In this document: in pieces, positions 23,462-30,060 of the stretch
How the letters are laid out: each line of letters starts with the position of its first letter
How positions within the stretch are numbered: position 1 is the stretch's first letter
Source: a virus
Taxonomy: Duplodnaviria; Caudoviricetes
Length of the DNA stretch: 30,060 bases
Strand: one strand, 5' to 3'
Virus record (IMG/VR): IMGVR_UViG_3300037424_002025
Location: 1 to 30,060 of that record
Position numbers and translations under genes: made by a program
The notes under the pieces: generated by a model
Database searches by the model: none
What the model was told of the DNA's origin: nothing
The model's input: only the letters and a program-made list of their open reading frames with translations

Positions 23462-23630
23462 TTAAATGTGCCGATACCTGCGCCGCCGCCGAATGTCGAA
23501 GATTACTGGATAGGAGACTCCGTATTGTTTAGCCAACACCCGACCATCAACGAAGACGCTGCCAATGGCCATTACATAGTCCCCTCGCATGGTGCTCCCG
23601 TCCACATTCCGGAACAGAACAGATTTTCAT
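23462..23630 (-). pseudogene. Internally deleted HNH homing-endonuclease relic (N-terminal Zn-finger plus C-terminal HTH, nuclease core absent)
   Basis: 23547-23630 reads MKICSVPECGREHHARGLCNGHWQRLR*; in a shifted frame 23462-23548 reads DGRVLAKQYGVSYPVIFDIRRRRRYRHI*. These resemble the two termini of phage HNH endonucleases. The segment is AT-richer than its neighbours. Confidence 0.75.
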
Positions 23631-23652
23631 GGAGTGCATTCTCTCCATTCCA

Positions 23653-25992
23653 TCAAGCAGGAGAAGGCGCTCCCTGACTGGCGGCTACGCCAAGGCGCCC
23701 CGTTTGGGCATTTTCATCCTGTTTGAGACTTTGCATCCGATTATCGAGCCACGTCTTGAGGTGTTGCGCGAAGACAGGATTGAACTTTCCACTCTCTGGC
23801 GCCAATTCCTGCTGATAAATCGGATTGCCCCCAGCGCCGTTGCCATCACCGTAAATAATTTGATTCGCAAAATCCATTTCTGTCTTGGCGATCGGATTGG
23901 CCTCCGTCAAGTCCGGAGGGTTGCCAGCTCGCATCAGCGCGATGGCATTGCGCGTGTCGTTGAAGATCGCCTGGCTGGCGGCCGGACCCTCGCGCACGAG
24001 CGCCTGTGACCACGTCGGGTCGATGGCGCTGGCGATGAGCTGGACGAACTTCGAGTAATCGACCGTGCCCGCCTTGTCCGCCGGCAACACCCATTTCGTG
24101 AAGGCTTCGATCTTCTTCCAGACAAATTCCATGTCCAGATCCTTCACATCGAAGAACAGCGCCACGTCGTACTCGCCGGCGATCTCCGCCAGGTCATCCG
24201 AGAGCGGCACCTCCATCCCGGCGATGCGCGCCAGCTCCGCGGGATCGGCCCGGCGCTGGATCATGGCCAGCACCATGCTCCACATCTCCGCGCAGGTGCC
24301 GAGGTAACGCTCGGTCAACCGCTGCAGCTTGCTCTGCCACTTGGCCGGCAGCACGTGCTCGTTCATCAGCCCAAAATAATTCGAGACCCGTTTCATGGTC
24401 ATCTCGACCAGGTTCATGGCCAGCTCGGGGTTGCCCTTGGGCGCCTGCTGTTTCTCGACGTCGCCCGCGCGCCGCCGCGGGATCTGCGCGCCCGGGCCGA
24501 CCTTGAACCGCAGCCCAAGCCGCTGGTCCACCAGCCACTCTGGCGACACCGTGGCCTGCTCCAGGTCCATCAGCATGTCGATGCTGGTCTTGATCGCCCA
24601 CTGGTCGGACCCGACGATCTGCGGGATGCCCTGCGCGTTCATGAAGGCGCGTTTCTTCTTCTGCCAGCGGAAACCGCAGAACGGATATTTGTCCGGCAAA
24701 TCCTCGTACTGATAATGCTTCGCGTAGATGGGCTCGGTGGGATTCATCGGGTCCTTCATCACGTGCGGGCACCAGACCGTACACCAGATTTCCCGCACGC
24801 GCTCCTGCGTGATGTAACGCTTGTAGAAATGGACGACCTCGATCAGCCCGTTTTCGGACTTCTGCGCCTGCCAATCGTAGCTGTCCACCTCGTCATCGGA
24901 ATCGAAGCTGGTGGTGTCGCTGATGGCCGCCACGTCGCCCCAGTAGCTGGTCTGCCCGGCCGACTTGATCGCTTCCTCCGCCCAATCCGGGTCCCACCCA
25001 TCGGACAGGACGCGCGCGTAGACATCCTCCGGGGTGAGCCATTCACGGACGGCGTGCCACGGGCTGTCCTGGCAGCCGTTCATCTCGGGGGGGCAAAAGT
25101 AATCGTAGCCGACCTCGCGGGCGGTCACGCACGGCTGGTTCTTGGCCACGTAAGGCACCGGCAGGCGGGCATGGCCGCGCTTGCGCAATTCGCCGATGAC
25201 ATGCCGGGCCTTGCTCGCGCTCAATTCGTAATCGCGCAGGAAATCCGATCCGTATTCCTCGCGTTGCTCCGCGTAGAGCTGACCGGCGATGTCCCGGGCG
25301 AACATCCGAAGGATGTCCACCGCGGCATCGACCATCTCCGGGTCCATGATGAGCTGCGGCAGGATGGCGAATTGCTGCATCTTCTCGACCATCTCCGGGG
25401 GCACCTCGGCGGCGGGCATCGAGGACAGGGCCTGTTGCGCCATCTGCGCGGCCTGAAGAAATTCCTCGCGGTTCACCCGCTGGTTCTTCATGGCCAGCTC
25501 GTAATCCCAGCCCACCTGAAACACGCTGGAGCCGCCGTTCAAGCCGAATTGCCAGAGGTATTCCGCCTCGTCGCGCAAGTCCGCCCGCATCCGGTCCCGA
25601 TATTTGTTGATGATTTTCTCGGTGATGCCCGCCTGGTCGAGATCGCCCACCTCGGTGGGCTTGACCTTGAGTTGCGCCCGTTCGAACGCGCTCGAGCACA
25701 CATCGCCGAGGTCCTCGATGACGTTATCCGCCAGGTGCACGCGGCCATCCCAGGCGCCCTCCCACGGGACAGCCTCCTTGCCAATGGCCCGGCGATGCTT
25801 GCGGAAATCCGACGTGCGCCCCTTCCAGCGGTTATAGCGGATGCGCTCGTTGCGGTCCCGTTGGACGGCCACCACGGACACGCCGCCGGCGCGTTGGAAT
25901 TCCTTGAACTGTTCCTCGACGTTTGGCGTGTCATCAGCGAAGAGCAGCGGGAACTTGGCTTCGACCTCGGGATTGCTGGCGGATGCGGGCAT
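23653..25992 (-). CDS. Portal protein (779 aa)
   Basis: 'PWEGAWDGRVHLADNVI', 'GSSVFQVGWD', 'YPF..FRW......GIPQIV...Q..IK', 'GPGAQIP' patterns of large P22-class portals; lies between terminase and scaffold. Confidence 0.85.
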   Translation of the reverse strand: MPASASNPEVEAKFPLLFADDTPNVEEQFKEFQRAGGVSVVAVQRDRNERIRYNRWKGRTSDFRKHRRAIGKEAVPWEGAWDGRVHLADNVIEDLGDVCSSAFERAQLKVKPTEVGDLDQAGITEKIINKYRDRMRADLRDEAEYLWQFGLNGGSSVFQVGWDYELAMKNQRVNREEFLQAAQMAQQALSSMPAAEVPPEMVEKMQQFAILPQLIMDPEMVDAAVDILRMFARDIAGQLYAEQREEYGSDFLRDYELSASKARHVIGELRKRGHARLPVPYVAKNQPCVTAREVGYDYFCPPEMNGCQDSPWHAVREWLTPEDVYARVLSDGWDPDWAEEAIKSAGQTSYWGDVAAISDTTSFDSDDEVDSYDWQAQKSENGLIEVVHFYKRYITQERVREIWCTVWCPHVMKDPMNPTEPIYAKHYQYEDLPDKYPFCGFRWQKKKRAFMNAQGIPQIVGSDQWAIKTSIDMLMDLEQATVSPEWLVDQRLGLRFKVGPGAQIPRRRAGDVEKQQAPKGNPELAMNLVEMTMKRVSNYFGLMNEHVLPAKWQSKLQRLTERYLGTCAEMWSMVLAMIQRRADPAELARIAGMEVPLSDDLAEIAGEYDVALFFDVKDLDMEFVWKKIEAFTKWVLPADKAGTVDYSKFVQLIASAIDPTWSQALVREGPAASQAIFNDTRNAIALMRAGNPPDLTEANPIAKTEMDFANQIIYGDGNGAGGNPIYQQELAPESGKFNPVFAQHLKTWLDNRMQSLKQDENAQTGRLGVAASQGAPSPA

Positions 25993-26028
25993 GGCTCAGG
26001 TATCAGTTAATGCCCGGTCGGGGGGGAG

Positions 26029-26056
26029 CGTAAAACGTGAAACGTGAAACGTAAAG
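26029..26056. repeat. Heptamer tandem repeat CGT[A/G]AAA x4
   Basis: cgtaaaa-cgtgaaa-cgtgaaa-cgtaaag upstream of the portal; reverse complement of the unit at 19922. Confidence 0.85.
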
Positions 26057-26058
26057 CG

Positions 26059-26289
26059 TCATTTTCGTGGCACGAACACCGCCACGGTGCTCGCGAAGTA
26101 AAGCAGTTTGGTCCGTTTGCCATCGGGCCGCTCGAGGCGGATGGCGGCGATGGTGCGGGCAGGCAGCTTGTCGAGGTCGGCCGCGCTGTTGACCACCACG
26201 GTGCAGGCCGCCAGAAGCTTGGCATTCAAGCCCAGCGCCATCACTTCGCGGCGGCGGAGCAGGGCTGTGGGGTTGCGCTCAGTTGTCAT
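26059..26289 (-). CDS. Small protein, possible Xis/MerR-like winged-helix DNA-binding protein (76 aa)
   Basis: ATGA overlap at 26289; 'LLRRREVMALGL..KLL...IAAIRL....K..LYF.S.V' loosely fits an excisionase-like wHTH. Confidence 0.45.
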   Translation of the reverse strand: MTTERNPTALLRRREVMALGLNAKLLAACTVVVNSAADLDKLPARTIAAIRLERPDGKRTKLLYFASTVAVFVPRK

Positions 26290-26483
26290 TGTCGTTTCCA
26301 ATCATCCTCGGGCGTCGACAGGCATTTGCGGCAGAGCAACGCGCCGTCTACCAGTTGCACTTCACGCAGCGGCAATTCCTCATGACAGCAGTCGCACACT
26401 TCCAGCACGCTGCTGGGCGGCACGCCGATGAGCGGGAGGCGGACCCCGCTCCACTCAATCATGGCATGCTTGTCCTTGTTCAT
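26286..26483 (-). CDS. Small zinc-finger protein (65 aa)
   Basis: CDCC...LCRKC cysteine pairs; stop overlaps the next ATG. Confidence 0.6.
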   Translation of the reverse strand: MNKDKHAMIEWSGVRLPLIGVPPSSVLEVCDCCHEELPLREVQLVDGALLCRKCLSTPEDDWKRQ

Positions 26484-26769
26484 CGGTTCCGTTCATTTCA
26501 ATATCTAGTTTTGCAGAGAGCTTTTCGTACAGGTCAAAAGCTTCGGCGCGGTCGAGCGTCATTGCGGCTCCATCATGCTCAATTCGCATCAGATAGCCTC
26601 TCGGGTGTTCGACGATTGTTATCGTCAGGCCGGTCGCCGCACCCGGCGCTTGAGCCAATTCGCTTGGAGCCTGACAGTTTAGCGTCGGCTGGTGGGCGTA
26701 ACCGCACTTCGGGCAGTTAGGTGGTCCAAAGTCGTCGCTCATAGCTGATTTTTCTCGTTCATTGGTCAT
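26455..26769 (-). CDS. Hypothetical protein with CPKCGxxH motif (start uncertain: 26784, 26769 or 26742)
   Basis: 'NCPKCGYAHQPTLNC' putative Zn site; AT-richer codons; overlaps both neighbours. Confidence 0.45.
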   Translation of the reverse strand: MTNEREKSAMSDDFGPPNCPKCGYAHQPTLNCQAPSELAQAPGAATGLTITIVEHPRGYLMRIEHDGAAMTLDRAEAFDLYEKLSAKLDIEMNGTDEQGQACHD

Positions 26770-28543
26770 TTGCTTCATCATCATCGCCCGGCCGCCAGCT
26801 CTTCAGCGCGCCGGGCTCGACGTGGAACAGGTCCGCGCCGACGATGTAACGGAGGTTGTCGATGGGGTCCTTGCTCGCGCCCTGCTCGCCCGCCTTGCCG
26901 GTGTAATTCTCCAACGCCCAGATGTGCTGATGACAACTCCGCAGCACGAACAGGCGCGGCATGCGCGTGATGACGCCATTCTCATCCCGCCGGCAGGCCA
27001 ACATCTCGCGGATTAAGTTCAGGTCGATGCGCTCGCCGCTCACCATGCGAAAGAAGATCGGGCCGAGCGTTTGGCCGGTCTCCAGGTCTACGTGGTCCTT
27101 CTCGAATTCCCAGACCGTGCAGGTCTGCCCCTGCTCATCGATGTGCGGCCGCGGTCCCGCGCGTGAGTCGATGTAATAATCCGCCACCGGTTCCCGGGCC
27201 AGTTCCCGGAACACCCGCTTGTAACCCACGATGCCATCCACGCGCGCCCATTGCGCGGGGCCGACGTCGCCATCCCAGCCCTTGGTGGTGTCGTCGCTGG
27301 TCTCGCGTTCGGTGGGCTTGGCCCATTCGCCGTGCGTCGGGAGGTCGGGCCACTCGCCGGTGATGTAGATGTCCGGCTCACTGCCGGGCGTCACCCGCAC
27401 CTTGGTGATGAACCACGCCCGCCGATCGTGCGGATCGCAAAAGATGTAGTTCGTGCCCGTCTTCGGCAGATGCTTTTCATCCACGATATTCCACGGGCCG
27501 AACTGGGGGAAGGCGCGGCCGATGTTGTCCCGGGCGAAGCCGTAGGCGATGCGCTCGACGTAATCCGTCACGCGGCCCTCGCAATCCTTCTTCACGATGT
27601 CGTAATAGCCGTTCACCGCCTGGCGGTTGATGTGGAAATAAATCACCTTGCCCCGCGGCCAGCTTGGCCGTCCGGTCACCGGCATCTGCCCGCGCGGGCA
27701 GCCGGCCACGTGCGCGTTCGGGAGCAGCTCGGCCGGCGCGGCGCTTTCCACCGTGAGGGTGCCCACGAATTCCTTGACGGCGGGCGTGATGCCGTTGACC
27801 GGGGTGAAGGGCCAGATGACTTTCGCGCTCCGATACCGCGCGCGCCGGGCGATCATGCGCAGCCATTTCAAGGTGAGCGATTCATCGCAGACCACGCCCA
27901 CGTTCAGGATGGGCGTGCCATCTGGGCGGCGCTTGAGCGGGTGCCCATCCAGGCGCGCGCCGAATTCCCAGCCCTCGTACTTGCCCGGGTCGCCGTTGTA
28001 AGTTTCGAACTTGATGAGCGTGCCGTTGCGCAGCACCAGCACGCCCTCGGTGAAGCCGCCGGCCTCGGTGTAATTCACCTTGTAGACGGGATGCCGTTTC
28101 CCGTTGAGATGCGCGATGAAGGGTTTCAGGAAATTCCAGACCGGCTCCTGCTGCACGCGGATGCTGGAATCTTCCGTCTCGCCCAGCACAAGCAGCTTGC
28201 CGTTGCGGTAGGCCATGGCCGCCTCGCACAGGCGCTTGAGCGCGCGCGTCGTCTTGCCGCCGCCGCGGTTCCAGCCGAAGTTCGCCTGGATGTCGCAATC
28301 CGGCTGCTCCAGTTGCCGGTCGGCCTCCGCCCAGCACTCGTATTCGAGCCCGTTGTAAAGCGGGTCGGAGAGGGCGGCGGCGATCTTCTTCGGGCGCAGC
28401 GCCAGGACCTCGGCCAGTTCGCTGAGGCGTTCCTCCGGATACTTTTCGAATATCCGACGGATCTCGGCGCAGTCGGCCTCCGTGTGCGGCCAGAGCAGCG
28501 GATGCGGCTCGAGGACAAAGGCGGATGGTGGGGCGTCAGTCAC
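26759..28543 (-). CDS. terL: Terminase large subunit (594 aa)
   Basis: Walker A 'GWNRGGGKTT', Walker B 'VVCDE', coupling motif 'PFTP', nuclease acidic motifs 'IFCDPH', 'YIDSR', 'KDPIDNLRY'. Start reassigned to GTG 28543 (GTGA overlap with the upstream stop). Confidence 0.92.
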   Translation of the reverse strand: MTDAPPSAFVLEPHPLLWPHTEADCAEIRRIFEKYPEERLSELAEVLALRPKKIAAALSDPLYNGLEYECWAEADRQLEQPDCDIQANFGWNRGGGKTTRALKRLCEAAMAYRNGKLLVLGETEDSSIRVQQEPVWNFLKPFIAHLNGKRHPVYKVNYTEAGGFTEGVLVLRNGTLIKFETYNGDPGKYEGWEFGARLDGHPLKRRPDGTPILNVGVVCDESLTLKWLRMIARRARYRSAKVIWPFTPVNGITPAVKEFVGTLTVESAAPAELLPNAHVAGCPRGQMPVTGRPSWPRGKVIYFHINRQAVNGYYDIVKKDCEGRVTDYVERIAYGFARDNIGRAFPQFGPWNIVDEKHLPKTGTNYIFCDPHDRRAWFITKVRVTPGSEPDIYITGEWPDLPTHGEWAKPTERETSDDTTKGWDGDVGPAQWARVDGIVGYKRVFRELAREPVADYYIDSRAGPRPHIDEQGQTCTVWEFEKDHVDLETGQTLGPIFFRMVSGERIDLNLIREMLACRRDENGVITRMPRLFVLRSCHQHIWALENYTGKAGEQGASKDPIDNLRYIVGADLFHVEPGALKSWRPGDDDEANDQ

Positions 28544-29487
28544 TTCGTTGCAAAGGTTGGGAACTGGCGCACGCGCAAATCCTCGGGCCACTCGGAAGGG
28601 TCGCCGCCTTTGGGGTGTTTCAGGAGGAATCGGCTCTGCTTGTATGGAGGGTATGACACTCCGCGAGTGCCGTTCGGCCAGCCAAGTGAATTGTTCGAAA
28701 TAACGCATGCGCCCAACTGCTTCACGAAGCACGGCACGGACGCCGCCTTGCACTGCCGCACGATGTCGCGGATCCATTCGATGTTGCACGGGCTGGCACC
28801 TGGGCCGCTCTCGCCGCCGACGATGACCCAGTCAATCGACTGAATCGTGAACGGCTCGTAACCTGGTTTGTAGGGAGCTTGTGTTTGTAACCCGAGCATG
28901 GACACCGGTCCCAGAAGCGGCTCGACGCTCAGGAAACGGCCGGCCGCAGGGATGTTCAGCAACTCCGGGATCCGTTCATCCGACCGAAGCTGGTCCTCGA
29001 CGGAGGTGCCGATCCAGACATTGGCCGGATCAAATCCGTTCAGCCAATCCATCGCAAAGCCATCTTGCACGGTGGCGCGCACCTCTTCCATTCGCGCTTT
29101 CCAATTCTCCGGCCTCTTGGTCAGCAACAGCCAATCGAGATGCGGCGTGTCTTGGATGAGCTTCATGAAATCCGCCAACCATTCGACTGGCACCTCGTCA
29201 TCAAGCCAGTCGCAGAGCGAGGGAAAGACCCGCGGGCGCATCTCCCTGAATGGGCCGATGTCATTGCGCTTCTGTTTTTCAGCGTCACGATTCCAGAGTG
29301 CAGGCTTCCTCCACGTCGCCGCGCTGGTGCGCCGGCGGGGTTTGCCCTTGCCCCAGTTGGCGCCTTTGCTGAAGCGCCGGTTGCGTGCCTCGGCGTAGCA
29401 GTGGGCGCAGCCGGGGCTGACCTTGGTGCAGCCTTCCCAAGGATTCCACGTGTGCGTGGCCCATTCGATGGGGGTGTTGTCGCTCAT
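28540..29487 (-). CDS. DUF5131 / phage Gp37-Gp68 family radical-SAM-like protein (315 aa)
   Basis: 'IEWATHTWNPWEGCTKVSPGCAHCYAE', 'TPHLDWLLLTKRPEN', 'NVWIGTSVEDQ', 'RFLSVEPLLG', 'DWVIVGGESG', 'FVKQLG' are family hallmarks. Confidence 0.93.
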   Translation of the reverse strand: MSDNTPIEWATHTWNPWEGCTKVSPGCAHCYAEARNRRFSKGANWGKGKPRRRTSAATWRKPALWNRDAEKQKRNDIGPFREMRPRVFPSLCDWLDDEVPVEWLADFMKLIQDTPHLDWLLLTKRPENWKARMEEVRATVQDGFAMDWLNGFDPANVWIGTSVEDQLRSDERIPELLNIPAAGRFLSVEPLLGPVSMLGLQTQAPYKPGYEPFTIQSIDWVIVGGESGPGASPCNIEWIRDIVRQCKAASVPCFVKQLGACVISNNSLGWPNGTRGVSYPPYKQSRFLLKHPKGGDPSEWPEDLRVRQFPTFATK

Positions 29488-29690
29488 TTACGTTTTCCGT
29501 TTTCCTTCTGCAAATGTTCCACTGCCTTGGCGTGGCCCTCATCGCGCACGATCTGGCGATGGTTCGGATCGTCCACCACGAACTCGGCGGCATGCAGCAC
29601 CCGGCCACAGGTGCATTCCAGCGTGATGCGGCACGCGGGCCACTGCTCGCGAGTCGCCAGAAAGATGGTGTGTCCGGGGATGGCTAACAT
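29484..29690 (-). CDS. Hypothetical protein (68 aa)
   Basis: Stop overlaps the DUF5131 ATG (ATGA); 'ECTCG' and His residues suggest metal binding. Confidence 0.55.
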   Translation of the reverse strand: MLAIPGHTIFLATREQWPACRITLECTCGRVLHAAEFVVDDPNHRQIVRDEGHAKAVEHLQKENGKRK

Positions 29691-30046
29691 GAGGCGGAGG
29701 GCGGTGAGCCGTTGCCGGCAGTGGCGGATTCATCCATGCCCTTGAGCCAGCCGATGGCTTCCTTGCCGCGGCGGCCGCACTGCCATTCGAGCAGATCGAG
29801 CGCGCACGTGGCATCGAGCGCGATGCACATCGGATCGAGGGCGGCGGGCTCCAGTGGATCGGTTTGCCGCGCCCAATAGGCGGCGCTGCGCACGAGCAGC
29901 CAGGGCATCACCGCCGGCTGGTTCAGGGCGAAGGCAATCAGCCGGGCGGCGGTGTCCGCGCTGATCTTCGGCAACGTCTCGCGCAACGGCAGCGGTTCCT
30001 CCGGCGCCGTGTTCCACTCGCGTTTCTCGATGGCTTGGGGTTTCAT
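29684..30046 (-). CDS. Hypothetical protein (120 aa)
   Basis: GC3-rich codons, A-rich leader, overlaps the next gene by 7 nt; no motif recognised. Confidence 0.6.
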   Translation of the reverse strand: MKPQAIEKREWNTAPEEPLPLRETLPKISADTAARLIAFALNQPAVMPWLLVRSAAYWARQTDPLEPAALDPMCIALDATCALDLLEWQCGRRGKEAIGWLKGMDESATAGNGSPPSASC

Positions 30047-30060
30047 GGGGTTTTGTTTTC

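Larger units (their letters stand above)
180..30060 (-). mobile_element. Podovirus-like phage/prophage packaging, head, tail and ejection module (boundaries lie outside or at the edge of the window)
   Basis: Contiguous minus-strand genes, many joined by ATGA/GTGA overlaps, in the order terL-portal-scaffold-MCP-adaptor-nozzle-fibre-ejection proteins. No tape measure, tail tube or sheath recognised. No att site or integrase seen, so prophage versus free phage cannot be decided. Confidence 0.93.

Noticed and set aside
28544-28789. N-terminal extension of the terminase given in the ORF track (676 aa)
   Set aside because: It overlaps the conserved C-terminus of DUF5131; GTG 28543 gives a standard GTGA overlap.
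855-28843. Long plus-strand ORFs (e.g. 855-2420, 9355-10524, 18265-19758, 20365-21639, 24355-26010, 27251-28843)
   Set aside because: They are antisense shadows of GC3-rich minus-strand genes with clear phage motifs and show no recognisable protein features.

Overview
The whole window is one co-oriented (minus-strand) morphogenesis region of a GC-rich, podovirus-like tailed phage or prophage. Read from right to left it encodes: small genes and a DUF5131 (Gp37/Gp68) protein, terminase large subunit, three small Zn-finger/HTH-like genes, portal, a deleted HNH-endonuclease relic, scaffold, a DUF5309/SU10-type major capsid protein, a cement-like protein, a head-tail adaptor carrying CBM5/12-like repeats, an accessory cluster (spike-base-like protein, beta-helix protein, two holin-like membrane proteins, an outer-membrane beta-barrel, an Ig-like protein, a long fibre), tail nozzle, tail fibre and three ejection-type proteins. 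Sequence motifs suggest a Verrucomicrobiota host (inference). The main oddity is that the capsid-decoration, spike and fibre-like proteins carry Sec-type signal peptides and most are rich in [T/S]-N dipeptides, while the core virion proteins have no signal peptide and the portal and large ejection protein nearly lack the motif. This suggests virion surface proteins that are exported, possibly host-glycosylated and added late. The long fibre gene also has a perfect 8-bp x 8 tandem repeat in its 5' coding region, a candidate phase-variation switch. No integrase, small terminase, endolysin, tRNA or CRISPR array was recognised. All calls come from motif recognition and gene order; no database search was run.
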